From positions 1,280,001 through 1,344,000 of the forward strand of contig OZ244048.1 of the NCBI GenBank assembly GCA_965215265.1: DNA of 64,000 bases, in the 5' to 3' direction. Both the position numbers and the translations under genes were made by a program. The stretch is from Candidatus Poribacteria bacterium (GTDB lineage: Bacteria > Poribacteria > WGA-4E > WGA-3G). Numbering within the stretch: position 1 is the first letter of the stretch; each line of letters begins with the position of its first letter. The notes beneath the pieces were generated by a model. That model had not been told where the DNA came from. It saw only the letters and a list, made by a program, of their open reading frames with translations, and made no database searches. Positions 20,590-30,773 of this stretch are shown in pieces.

Positions 20590-21645
20590 TTATCCTTCCT
20601 GCTGTCCGTTTGGATGAATCATAATCTTCATGCCTTTTCGCGATTTCATCGTCTCAAACGCCTTTTCAATTTCAACAAGTCCGAAGTGGTGCGTGATGAG
20701 TGGACGCACGCGCACAAGTCCTTTTTCGAGCAGCCGTACTGCCAATTCATGATGACGTGGAACACAGCCATGGGAACCTGTTACAAAGCACTCTTTGTAA
20801 TGGATGGTATTGGACAAAATATTCATGGGACGCGTCGTCTTGGGCAGTCCGCCAAACAGATTGACATAACCCCGGTGTGCTACCATCTCAACCGCTTGTT
20901 CATGTGCTTTAACCGACGCACACGTCGTCACAACGATGTCTGGCCCTGCACCCCCGGTCTCTTCACGGCAACGTTCGACTACGTCCTCTTCTTCAGAGGC
21001 GATATAGGTGTCTGCTTCATAAAACTTCGCGATTTCCATCCGCAGTTTGCTACGTTGCACCCCGATAACCTGCGTTGCGCCCATTAACCGTGCCAGATCG
21101 ATCATCATACATCCGATCGGACCTAACCCGATAATAACAACCTTTTTGCCCAAGGACATGTTGACTAATTCAAGTCCATTAATCGCACAGCCAAGCGGTT
21201 CAGCAAGTGCTGCCTCGTCAAAACTCAGCGACATCTCGAACGGCGTAACCGGACCTTCCTCCAAAACCAGACGCGGAAGTTTCATATATTGTGCAAAAGC
21301 ACCAGGGATCTGGTAACCGATGGCGTAGTTAATAGCACAGTTGTTCCCGATGCCGTTCCGGCACCAGTGGCACTGACCGCATGGCACATCTGCCCCGATT
21401 GAAACCCGGTCTCCTTCCTGAACACGCGTTACGTTCTTACCCGTTTTCACAATCACACCGGAATTTTCATGCCCAATGATTGTAGGCGGCTTGACGCGCG
21501 GATTGCCATGATGCAGGATGCGCACATCTGAACCACAAATACTCACAGATTCAACACGCATCAAAGCCGAATCATCGTCAATCGCCGGATCCGGAACCTC
21601 TTTGACACTTAAATTTTCAAGGTTTTCAAGTATAGCCGCTTTCAT
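20590..21645 (-). CDS. Zinc-dependent (sugar) alcohol dehydrogenase, iditol 2-dehydrogenase-like
   Basis: CGSD, GHE, CGQCHWC, GLGPIG; likely start MKAAIL at 21645. Confidence 0.88.
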   Translation of the reverse strand: MKAAILENLENLSVKEVPDPAIDDDSALMRVESVSICGSDVRILHHGNPRVKPPTIIGHENSGVIVKTGKNVTRVQEGDRVSIGADVPCGQCHWCRNGIGNNCAINYAIGYQIPGAFAQYMKLPRLVLEEGPVTPFEMSLSFDEAALAEPLGCAINGLELVNMSLGKKVVIIGLGPIGCMMIDLARLMGATQVIGVQRSKLRMEIAKFYEADTYIASEEEDVVERCREETGGAGPDIVVTTCASVKAHEQAVEMVAHRGYVNLFGGLPKTTRPMNILSNTIHYKECFVTGSHGCVPRHHELAVRLLEKGLVRVRPLITHHFGLVEIEKAFETMKSRKGMKIMIHPNGQQEG

Positions 21646-21715
21646 CGTTTCCCTCTTTCCGTTTTCGTTTGTATGCTGGCACAGCAAAAAATAGCCCACC
21701 GCGTAACAGCTGAGC

Positions 21716-22783
21716 TCAAGGATGAATCAATACCTTGGCGTAAAATTCGCCTTTATCCCTCATCTTATGCAACATTTCTGTGCTATCTACCAACGGGACG
21801 CGATGCGTAATTAAAGGCGAGAGTATCAACTGCCCAGAGGCCATTGAGGCAAGCACGGCACGCCAATCATCGTCATTGCCGGCTGCACTGTAATCAGAAT
21901 TCCATGTACCAAAGAGGTTCAACTCGCGTCGCATTATCTGAGAAAGAAGCGATGCTGGGAACGTCACATCGGCAATCGGATTTCCGAGAAAAACGACGCT
22001 GCCACCATGCCCGACACAGCCAAGTGCCTGGCAATAGGTAGCCGGCACGCCTGCGGCTTCAATTGCCACGTGCGCGCCCTTACTGTCCGTCTGCTCGTTG
22101 ACGATATCAATCGCCTCGTGCCCGGCCGTTATGCTGTTAAAGGCACGTTCGAATCCTAATTGCTTTGCTAATTCAAGTTTCTCTGCAATAATATCAAAGA
22201 GAATAACGGTTGGTGCGCCCATTATCCGTGCCCACTGTGCCACCATCAATCCGATTGGACCAGCGCCGAAGATTACCACTGTTTTGCCCACGAGTGAATT
22301 GGACACACGGCGCAACGCATGCAGGGCTACCGCTGCGGGCTCTGTCATCGCCGCCTTTTCTAGTGATACCCCGACCGGTACACGAATTAAATTCTCCACC
22401 GGGGCTACCACGAACTCAGCAAACGCACCATCACTGCGTGAACCCAGGTAGTCGTAATCATCGCATTGCACATATTTCGCTTGTTCACAAGCACGACAAT
22501 TCCCACACCACAACAGCGGAAAGACAACAACCGCGTCACCCGGCGAAAATCCGTTAACCCCGGGACCACAAGCATCAACAATCCCAGCGAACTCGTGCCC
22601 GCATATAGTCGGAAAACTATAAGTCCCTTTCGAAAAAATACGTGGTATATCCGAACCGCATACCCCACAGAAACCGACGCGAACACGCACCTCACCCTGC
22701 GAAACCGCCGGAACAGGGAGCTGTTCCAACCTCAGATCACCGAGCCCGTGTAGAACCAGTGCTGCCATCTCACTCTCTGTCAT
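21716..22783 (-). CDS. Galactitol-1-phosphate 5-dehydrogenase-like zinc dehydrogenase
   Basis: GVCGSDIPR, GHEFAG, YDYLGSRSDGAFAEF, GTWNS; likely start MTESEM at 22783. Confidence 0.85.
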   Translation of the reverse strand: MTESEMAALVLHGLGDLRLEQLPVPAVSQGEVRVRVGFCGVCGSDIPRIFSKGTYSFPTICGHEFAGIVDACGPGVNGFSPGDAVVVFPLLWCGNCRACEQAKYVQCDDYDYLGSRSDGAFAEFVVAPVENLIRVPVGVSLEKAAMTEPAAVALHALRRVSNSLVGKTVVIFGAGPIGLMVAQWARIMGAPTVILFDIIAEKLELAKQLGFERAFNSITAGHEAIDIVNEQTDSKGAHVAIEAAGVPATYCQALGCVGHGGSVVFLGNPIADVTFPASLLSQIMRRELNLFGTWNSDYSAAGNDDDWRAVLASMASGQLILSPLITHRVPLVDSTEMLHKMRDKGEFYAKVLIHP

Positions 22784-23495
22784 TATGTCCTTTTTTCTGC
22801 AAACCTTTTTCAATAGCGTGCTGAATCCGAGCAATGTTTTCTGAGCGAGAACCCGTTTTATGAAAGACGCTACTCGTACCGCCCACGAGGATATTCGCAC
22901 CCGCTTCAATCATTTTAGGGATGTTATTAAAACTCACGTTGCCGTCAACTTCAATCGGAACAGAGAGGCCCCGCTTATCTAAAAATTCACGGCACCCCGA
23001 AATCTTACGCAGGGCAGCCGGAACCAATTGCTGGCCTGCAAATCCCGGATTCACCGTCATAATCAGTACAAAATCGAGACGTTCGACGACATAACCTAAG
23101 GTAGAGAAGGGGGTGGCAGGATTGAGCGCAGCACCTGCCCTGATACCGTTGGCCTGGATAACCGACAGCGTCCTATCCAGATGTCTCGCCGATTCTACAT
23201 GAACTGCGATTTGCTGCACGCCAATCTTTGTAACCGCATCCACAAAGAAATCATTGTGTTCCACCATCAAGTGAACGTCAAAGGCGGATGTCGTCTTCGC
23301 ACGGAGCTGCTCAAGCAGCGCCAATCCTATCGGCATATTGGGAACGAAGTGCGCATCCATCAAATCGAAGTGGAACAGGTCAATTCCGCACGATTCCAAT
23401 GAACGAATATCTGCCTCAAGGTTACATAAATCCGCGCACATTACAGACGGCGCAATCTGAATCTTTTCTTCTACTGACAGCAAAAAAATCTCCAA
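22770..23495 (-). CDS. Ribulose-phosphate 3-epimerase family protein (Rpe/AlsE-like)
   Basis: APSVMCAD, HFDLMDAHFVPN, DVHLM, MTVNPGFAGQ, IEVDGN. Confidence 0.88.
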   Translation of the reverse strand: MEIFLLSVEEKIQIAPSVMCADLCNLEADIRSLESCGIDLFHFDLMDAHFVPNMPIGLALLEQLRAKTTSAFDVHLMVEHNDFFVDAVTKIGVQQIAVHVESARHLDRTLSVIQANGIRAGAALNPATPFSTLGYVVERLDFVLIMTVNPGFAGQQLVPAALRKISGCREFLDKRGLSVPIEVDGNVSFNNIPKMIEAGANILVGGTSSVFHKTGSRSENIARIQHAIEKGLQKKGHNDRE

Positions 23496-23580
23496 TCTGC
23501 TTGAAGTTGCTTAATTAGTATACCATTAAATGCAGCATTTGTCAAATTTTTGCTGGGCAGTACATGGGCAGCTTTTAACG

Positions 23581-24642
23581 CTATCCTCTCGTGCTCAGCT
23601 TATGGGACAAAGTACCCCTAAGCTGAGAATAAAGGTCGGCCGGCGGATCAAAGGGGATGTTGATCGGTTGGTGAGAGATTGTGCTAGCATAGATGCCCAA
23701 AACGGCATTCCATTGGTGTAATGCACGCTTCAGATGGGTGCCGGCCGGGCGGTTATCATCTTCAAGCCAGTCAAACATTGCATTGGTAAGTGCCGCTTGG
23801 GCTGAGTCGTTGCTTTTTACACGGGCCTCCTCTGTCTGAAACATCGGCGGACCGTACTCACTTACCTTCCTGGTTGCAATGCCCCAGTCCCCAAATTCCT
23901 CATAGAAAACCATTCCGTCTTCGCCATAGGCGGCAATACGGCAGTGCTTATAACTCTCCGGATCGGTTGTCACACGAGGGGCAGTTGTTCCAGTGTTCCA
24001 CTGTCCATGCACGCCGTTTTCAAACAGTACCTGACAAGTGGTGCTCTCTGGTGCTGGATACGGTCCATCCAGAGATGCTGCACCACTGGCGTTCCCAAAA
24101 ACCCTAACTACGTGAGCATCATCATTGAGACACATTGCCCAATCAATGATATGGGTGCCTTGCGCAGCGAGATTCATACCACATGAGAAATCTAAAAACA
24201 GCAGTTTGCCCAGGTACCCGTATTCCACTGTTTTACGACAACGTATCAAGTGTGGATGCCAGCGGAATTGCTTACCTACAGCGAATTTCGTAGCAGTTTC
24301 GGCCTCCAATTCACACAGCATCCGCCAATCGGCTACCCCGCAAGCGATAGGCTTCTCAACGATACACCCCGGCACCTGCAATTCAGAGACCATGGGCATC
24401 AATTCACCCCACTGGTCAGGCATCGTAACAAGGTGTACCAAGTCCGGTTGCTCCGTGCGAATCATCTGTTCGGCATTCGCGTAACTTGTAATCCCGAAAG
24501 TTTCAGCGAATTTTGCACGTCGTTCCTCATCCGAACGGTTGGCACATCCAACCAGCTCGCCTCGATAAACATGTTTATAGGCGTTCGCGTGCCTATATGC
24601 TCTACTTCCACATCCTATGATAGCACATCGGTATTTTCGCAT
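23581..24642 (-). CDS. Gfo/Idh/MocA oxidoreductase
   Basis: IIGCGSR Rossmann motif, VEKP, GTHIID. Confidence 0.85.
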   Translation of the reverse strand: MRKYRCAIIGCGSRAYRHANAYKHVYRGELVGCANRSDEERRAKFAETFGITSYANAEQMIRTEQPDLVHLVTMPDQWGELMPMVSELQVPGCIVEKPIACGVADWRMLCELEAETATKFAVGKQFRWHPHLIRCRKTVEYGYLGKLLFLDFSCGMNLAAQGTHIIDWAMCLNDDAHVVRVFGNASGAASLDGPYPAPESTTCQVLFENGVHGQWNTGTTAPRVTTDPESYKHCRIAAYGEDGMVFYEEFGDWGIATRKVSEYGPPMFQTEEARVKSNDSAQAALTNAMFDWLEDDNRPAGTHLKRALHQWNAVLGIYASTISHQPINIPFDPPADLYSQLRGTLSHKLSTRG

Positions 24643-24645
24643 ATT

Positions 24646-25368
24646 TTAAATACCTGACTTTTCAACCATCTGCCTGACGGTGTTCACGGATGCCTGCAAA
24701 CATGCCTTTCCATGAGGGACAGTTGCATCGCGCGGATCTTCGCCTCCGACCCCTTGGGGCCAAACCGACCGGTCCGATGAAAGTTGAGAAAGATCTACTA
24801 GCTCCTCTCGCAGTGCCATCACGCAGGCGGTTTCATTTTTGGCTGCGTGGTCCATCTGCGTCTGCCAAAAACCGTGAAATTCAGGCGTGACACCTAACAG
24901 TTTAAGACCGAAACGGGCTTCACGCTCCGAAAGGTTCCTTGTCCAAGAATGCCGCGACGGACCGTGCCCATCCGCAAACACGCCCTGAAACCCGGCACGT
25001 TTAAGTTGTTCTAGAATCACGTCGATTAACTGCAGGAAAAACCCGTCTGAAACCCAATAGCAACTTCCATCTAGCTGCCGGGGCGGGGTGGTTACGTCCG
25101 CGTAATCCATCCCTTGCAATTGCTTGCCCTCTACCGAAAGACGCGAACGATCCGGCCCCAAGTGAATCGGCGGCATGACAATACCGCCGAACTGCCGTGC
25201 GCATTGAACCATCACGCCCTCACTTATAATCGCATCAGAACCGAGGGGTAGATGTTCACCATGCCATTCAAGCGTGCCCAAGGGTAAATAAGCGAGCGGA
25301 CACGCAGCAAGCCGAGAACGAAACTCATGAGGTAATAGTTCAGTGTAATGCACTTTATCTGTATTCAT
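24646..25368 (-). CDS. Creatininase family amidohydrolase
   Basis: PLGTLEWHGEHLPLGSD, GHG, DHAAKNET. Confidence 0.88.
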   Translation of the reverse strand: MNTDKVHYTELLPHEFRSRLAACPLAYLPLGTLEWHGEHLPLGSDAIISEGVMVQCARQFGGIVMPPIHLGPDRSRLSVEGKQLQGMDYADVTTPPRQLDGSCYWVSDGFFLQLIDVILEQLKRAGFQGVFADGHGPSRHSWTRNLSEREARFGLKLLGVTPEFHGFWQTQMDHAAKNETACVMALREELVDLSQLSSDRSVWPQGVGGEDPRDATVPHGKACLQASVNTVRQMVEKSGI

Positions 25369-25379
25369 AACAATTCCAA

Positions 25380-26220
25380 CTAATGCGCTGATTTAATCCT
25401 GCCCCACACTGACGTTAATCTACCTTCCGGAGATACAGAGGTAAAGCCGAAAATTTTACCTAATCCGTCGTTCATGATTTCGTTAATATCGGCCTCAGTT
25501 AACGCTGTGTTAAAGATAGCAACATCGTCCATGAGCCCCCACCCTGGGCGCTGGTCCGGCATCCCCCCGATATGCAGGTTTTGCCCCGATAATCCAAAAA
25601 CGCCACCTGTTTTTGCTTGCGCGTCAACCTTCCCATCAACGTAAGCTATCATCTCTTCACCATCGTAGGTGAAAGCGATGTGATGCCACTTGTCGTCATT
25701 CACAAGCGTCGGGCCAGAAACCCATGACGGTGCGAGCTGCCCGCTGCCAATCTCTACCTTGCCGTGTCCGCCCCCCCCTACCGGGCCCGAAAATATTCAA
25801 CAGGCAGGTATACATGAAATTGATGATGGCGTGGTCGTCGTTACAACAGCCACCAAGCACAACCTTATCTTTTTTCTGTAGCTTAACCCAGGTCGTAGTG
25901 GTGTACGCTTCCGCGCAGCTATCCAAACTCTTTGAGGTTTCAACCCGGGCATGTTGGAATTCCTTATCACCTGACAGGCTTAACGCCTTTTCAAATTTCC
26001 CATCATCTACCAATTCTGCACCCTTTATCAGCTCGGCATCGTTCCCATTGTCTGATGAATCAGGGGACATATCTCTGTTATCAACTTCATCAAAGAGCCA
26101 TACGCCAACCAGATTATCCGTATCAATTGCCGCACCGCTCACCCCTATGAATATCACCGCAATAGCGATAAAACAGGTTACCGCCAAAAAAGATAATTTC
26201 TGCACAGTAATTTCCCTCAT
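25380..26220 (-). CDS. Secreted LamG-like protein, frameshifted at G8 tract 25771-25778
   Basis: With G7 it reads NIFGPGRGGGHGKVEIGSGQLAPSWVSGPTLVNDDKWHH, colinear with paralog 30774..31586 (NVFGPGRSGNQGKIEVGSG); ~279 aa. Confidence 0.82.
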
Positions 26221-26432
26221 CGTTTTAAAATATACGGTTATTCTACATGAGCGTGATGAGTGCCTATGTTATGAACCGAAAACCAGGAACACAATCACAC
26301 CCAAAATTATATAGAAAAATAGGATAGGTTTCATCACGTATCTCTTTACGTTCAGTTCAAAAAAACTTGAGAAAACAAGACGGCAATGCTATTATATACT
26401 GCAGATGTCGCAAGTCCTGCTCTGATTAATAA

Positions 26433-26461
26433 AGTTTAACGTATCAAACCTTTTTTGTCAA
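26433..26461 (-). promoter_or_regulatory. Sigma70-type promoter for the LamG gene and downstream sugar cluster
   Basis: TTGACA-N17-TAAACT on the minus strand. Confidence 0.55.
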
Positions 26462-26592
26462 GAAATTTGGGATTCCCTGGGGAGGCGCGCTAAAATCCTG
26501 GAGGGCAGGTTTGCTCCGGTTAACCTGATTGTAAATAGATAAAAGGTAGGAGCGATTTACCGTGAAATGGCTAATTGTTCTAATAGGTATCG

Positions 26593-28752
26593 TCAGCGTT
26601 TCATGTGCTTTTGCCGCTGCTGATGCAGCATCGCCACAATCGCATCATGTCCATTAGATTCCGCAAGTGTCAATGCTGTGTCCCCCTCTCGGTTTTTCAG
26701 CGTGACATCGGCATCATGGGCAAGCAGCAGCTGCACGATATCAGGATAACCGCGCCACGCTGCATACATCAACGCTGTTTCCCCGACACCGTTTTGTGCA
26801 TCAACAGCCGCGCCCTTCTCAAGCAAACGTCTTGTTATTTCCACGTTGCCGATTTTGTGAGCGACAAAGATAAGGGGCGTGTTCCCTCTTGCATCCGCCA
26901 CATTAACTTCGGCACCGTTCTCAAGCAGGAGCATCACCATATCCGGATAACCTTTCTGGGCAGCGATGAGCAGGGGCGTACGTCTTAACCAATCCGGTGC
27001 GTTCACGTCAGCGTGCCTTGTTTTTATGGAGACATGCGCGCCTTCCACATCTCCCGCCCAGACACTCCTGAGAAACAGATCGGATAACTCAACCATCACG
27101 TGTTCCTTATTTGCTGGGAGATGCTCATACACTTCCATAACTCCACTCGGCCAACGTAACTCTAACCTGTCCACAGTAGTGTTTCCGTCGATACCGAAAA
27201 GCACACGTGCATCTTGGCTACTCATGTAACTCGCCCCCGGCTGCACCTCGCGTATCTGTGTTGTTCCCCCGGTTGTTAAGGTGAGGCGCGTCCCAATTCC
27301 GTCACGATTGCTGATTGTGCCCACCGTTTTTATCCGCACCCAATTCTGACGATTTCCGCCATCGTTTCGGAGTAAAGTTGCATGCCGATTAGACTGCATG
27401 ACAAGAATGTCTGCATCGCCATCGTTATCGTAGTCTGCAAAACTCGCGCCACGGCTTACGCCCATACTCTCAAAATATGCACCTGCACTTCTGGAGATTT
27501 CCTCAAACGTGCCGTCGCCTTTATTGCGAAACAGTTGATCCGGTTGTGCATAAGTCAGAATATCATGCGTCTCTTCAATGTTGTCAATGATGTGCCCATT
27601 CGCAATAAAAATATCAAGCCGGGCATCATTATCTGCATCAAAAAAAAGGGTACCGAATCCAACGTAGAGATAACTCTCTTTTCCGAGATGTGCCTCATAG
27701 ATAACATCCGTAAACGTGCCATCCCCATTGTTGCGATAGAGGACGTTTGTTTCATAGGAGAGATTTGTGACGAAGATATCCAGCAGCCCGTCTCCGTTGT
27801 AATCCCCAGTTGCAGCGCCCATTCCTGCTTGAGCAATGCCATCGAAACTATAAGCAGAACCTGCGAGAAGCGAGATTTCACTGAAAGTACCGTCCCCGTT
27901 GTTGTAAAAAAAATCGTTCCGCGTGTCGTCGTTTGCAACGTAAAGATCCGGTGTGCCATCGTTGTTGAAATCCGCTGAGACTACGCCCAACCCTTTGCCA
28001 TGGAACAAACCGCCGATATTCCCTACCCCTGCTGCTTGAGTGATATCGCTAAACGTCCCATCGCCGTTGTTATGATACAGTCTGTCTGGTGCACCTTCAA
28101 ATAGAGATGGATGGCAATAGGTCACCTTTCCATCTTCCCCGCACGGCCGATAAGAAATATCAAGCGAATACACAAGGTAGTTTACTACAAAAAGATCGAG
28201 GTGCCCGTCCCGGTCATAGTCAAAAAATGTGGCGCTACTGCTCCAGGCCGCGTCACCGACACCTGCCTTGTTTGTCACATCCGTGAACGTCCCGTCCCCG
28301 TTATTCCGATAAAGCACATTAGGACCGAAATTCGTAATGTAGATATCAACGTTGCCATCGTTATCGTAATCCGCGCATGCTACGCCTTGTCCATAGTTAC
28401 CCGAATTGCCTACGCCTGCCGCCGCTGTAATATCTATAAACGTCCCATCTCCTTTATTTTGATAGAACGCGCTGCTCCCAAGGGCAGCTGCATTTTTGAC
28501 AGTTGAATCAGGCCAATACCCGCTGTTCACAAGATAGATGTCCAGGGCCCCGTCATTATTGGCATCAAAGAAGGCACCACCGGCACCGAGCGTCTCAGGT
28601 AGACGGTACGCGCCCGCCGCACCGTTGATATGATGGAAATCAATGCCCGCCGCCGTTGTAACATCAACGAATTGAACGTTTCCGAAACAGAGAGAGGAGA
28701 TTGGACACAAAAGGTAGGAGATTAGCGTCAGAAATCGTGCGCTGTTTATCAT
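26593..28752 (-). CDS. FG-GAP/VCBS repeat, ASPIC/UnbV protein (CRTAC1-like) fused to C-terminal ankyrin repeats
   Basis: Repeated DYDNDG.D/LYxNxGDGTF units, NRDGIG...FG...WPSG ASPIC domain, TPLLIAA/TPL/TALMYAA ankyrins; start MINSAR overlaps the upstream stop (ATGA). Confidence 0.9.
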   Translation of the reverse strand: MINSARFLTLISYLLCPISSLCFGNVQFVDVTTAAGIDFHHINGAAGAYRLPETLGAGGAFFDANNDGALDIYLVNSGYWPDSTVKNAAALGSSAFYQNKGDGTFIDITAAAGVGNSGNYGQGVACADYDNDGNVDIYITNFGPNVLYRNNGDGTFTDVTNKAGVGDAAWSSSATFFDYDRDGHLDLFVVNYLVYSLDISYRPCGEDGKVTYCHPSLFEGAPDRLYHNNGDGTFSDITQAAGVGNIGGLFHGKGLGVVSADFNNDGTPDLYVANDDTRNDFFYNNGDGTFSEISLLAGSAYSFDGIAQAGMGAATGDYNGDGLLDIFVTNLSYETNVLYRNNGDGTFTDVIYEAHLGKESYLYVGFGTLFFDADNDARLDIFIANGHIIDNIEETHDILTYAQPDQLFRNKGDGTFEEISRSAGAYFESMGVSRGASFADYDNDGDADILVMQSNRHATLLRNDGGNRQNWVRIKTVGTISNRDGIGTRLTLTTGGTTQIREVQPGASYMSSQDARVLFGIDGNTTVDRLELRWPSGVMEVYEHLPANKEHVMVELSDLFLRSVWAGDVEGAHVSIKTRHADVNAPDWLRRTPLLIAAQKGYPDMVMLLLENGAEVNVADARGNTPLIFVAHKIGNVEITRRLLEKGAAVDAQNGVGETALMYAAWRGYPDIVQLLLAHDADVTLKNREGDTALTLAESNGHDAIVAMLHQQRQKHMKR

Positions 28753-29603
28753 CGCTCTACGTCTTTCGCGAGCCGGAACCCAATAAAACTCGTCCCGAGC
28801 TCCGGATAATGGCCGATTCGCGTAGAACACCGGGCCAATCCCTCACGGTTTAACCAGGAACCACCACGCACAACCCGCCGGCTCCCTATACGCGGACCCA
28901 TCGGATTACGGGCATCACGCCGATGGTAATACGTATCCGAATACCAATCTGACACCCATTCCCACACGTTGCCTGCCATATCGTACGCACCGTACGGACT
29001 CGCACCCGTCGGATAGTGCCCCACCGGCGAGAGGCCGGCAAACCCATCTTTGCCACGCCAAACGTTCGCATGCAACGTTTGCGCCTGAATCCTTTGTGCG
29101 AACCGGCTGCCCCACGGCCACCGACGCGCATCTGTTCCTCTAGAGGCCTTTTCCCATTCTGCTTCTGTGGGTAAACGCTTGCCTATCCATGCTGCATACG
29201 CAACCGCCGAATACCAAGAAATGCCCACAACCGGGTAGTTCGCTCTGGTACGTGCAATATCAGGCCACGTACCAAACTCGTTCCCGTAACTTATCGGTGT
29301 GTGTTCGCTCTGCTTGTCACCCAACGCCACCCAAAACCGGTGATACTCCGCATTCGTTACTTCTGTTTTGTCGATGTAGTAGGCATCCAAATAGATTTTA
29401 TCTGCAGGGGACTCATTCGGCATTTCTTCATTACTCCCCATCACGAAATTACCGGCAGGAATAAGACACATCTCATCTGCTGCGAGTGTGCAAAACACGA
29501 TGCCGAAAAAAGCCGATACGCAAATTAATACTGTTCTATTTACTGTGTGCCCTAAGACGTTCATATTCTTGATAGGTGGTATCTGCCGCAGCATCACCTG
29601 CAA
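28749..29603 (-). CDS. Formylglycine-generating enzyme (FGE/SUMF1) family protein
   Basis: FVMGS, EVTNAEY, RLPTEAEWEKA, DMAGNVWEW, RGGSW, IGFR; exact start uncertain (possibly 29564). Confidence 0.9.
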   Translation of the reverse strand: MQVMLRQIPPIKNMNVLGHTVNRTVLICVSAFFGIVFCTLAADEMCLIPAGNFVMGSNEEMPNESPADKIYLDAYYIDKTEVTNAEYHRFWVALGDKQSEHTPISYGNEFGTWPDIARTRANYPVVGISWYSAVAYAAWIGKRLPTEAEWEKASRGTDARRWPWGSRFAQRIQAQTLHANVWRGKDGFAGLSPVGHYPTGASPYGAYDMAGNVWEWVSDWYSDTYYHRRDARNPMGPRIGSRRVVRGGSWLNREGLARCSTRIGHYPELGTSFIGFRLAKDVER

Positions 29604-30681
29604 GCCGGTACGCTTTCGAGAGATTCAGGTAGAAGCGTGCCTCGGACGGTTCTAAGCGGATCGCAACTTCATACTGTTTTATCGCTTCGGTATACTGCTC
29701 CAACATCACATATACACCACCCAGACTATTCCGATAAGTGGCAACATCCGGTTGACGTTGAATGACATTTTGGTACATTGAAAGTGCCTGTCTGTACTTT
29801 TGCTGCTGGAAATAGAGATAACCGAGCATTTCATAGCCGCGAATCTCTTCGGGTGCAAGTCTAATATAATGTTCTAAAGCAACTCTTGCCTTATTCCATT
29901 TTTGCCTCTTCAACTCCAGCCTTCCTACTTCATACCACGCTGCAGCGTTGTCGGGTTCTTGTTCTACATACCTTTCTAGGTGCATGAGTTTTTCTTCTTG
30001 AAGTGACAAGGTTTCAAAACGTTGTAAGATTTCGTGTGCCTCTGCTATCTTACCGATACGCCGGTACGCTGTTCCTAAACTAAAATGCGCCTTCGTGTGA
30101 AGCCGATCTAATTCAAGTACATGCTGAAAGACAGCAATAGCAGCGTTCCACTCCTCTTTTTCGAGCAGGACAAGTCCCAACGTATAGCGTGCCGCTTCAG
30201 ATATCGGGTTAAGTCTGATTGCCTCCTGAAGTTCTGTGCGTGCAGCCTCAAGCTCGTGTTCACGAAAATAGGCGATGCCTAACAACGTGCGCGCCCGTGC
30301 ATGCTCACCATCTAACATAACCGCTTGCCGCAATACCTCAATCGCCTTCGCGGGTGTACCCAACTGAATCAGCAACGCATCGCCCAGCTCGTAGTACGCC
30401 TCGATATAGTCCACATCAGCAGTGATGGCGTGCCGGAAAGATTCCACCGCAGTCTGAAATTCAGAGGCATCTTTATAAATTAAGCCCAACACGCAGTGTG
30501 CGTCCGCTAACGTAGAATCAAGTGCAACCGCCTTCTCCAAAGCGACTTTCGCTTTTTCTGCTTCGCCCTGTGACAGCGCACGCAATCCCTGGTCGTACAA
30601 CCGCGCCGCTTCCGGATTATACCGTGCATTCCCACCCTGAACCCATACGAGCAGCGCGATTAAGCTGATAATAAACTTCAC
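29536..30681 (-). CDS. Tetratricopeptide repeat protein with signal peptide
   Basis: Many TPR units; likely GTG start at 30681 (MKFIISLIALL). The longer ORF start falls within a REP-like hairpin. Confidence 0.88.
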   Translation of the reverse strand: MKFIISLIALLVWVQGGNARYNPEAARLYDQGLRALSQGEAEKAKVALEKAVALDSTLADAHCVLGLIYKDASEFQTAVESFRHAITADVDYIEAYYELGDALLIQLGTPAKAIEVLRQAVMLDGEHARARTLLGIAYFREHELEAARTELQEAIRLNPISEAARYTLGLVLLEKEEWNAAIAVFQHVLELDRLHTKAHFSLGTAYRRIGKIAEAHEILQRFETLSLQEEKLMHLERYVEQEPDNAAAWYEVGRLELKRQKWNKARVALEHYIRLAPEEIRGYEMLGYLYFQQQKYRQALSMYQNVIQRQPDVATYRNSLGGVYVMLEQYTEAIKQYEVAIRLEPSEARFYLNLSKAYRLAGDAAADTTYQEYERLRAHSK

Positions 30682-30773
30682 AGTCTCACTCCGAATCGCA
30701 ATTTTCCCAGCATGTTTGGCCTGGAGGATGCATCGCCCGAGCACGATACATCCGCCTACTGCCTAAACTGTAA

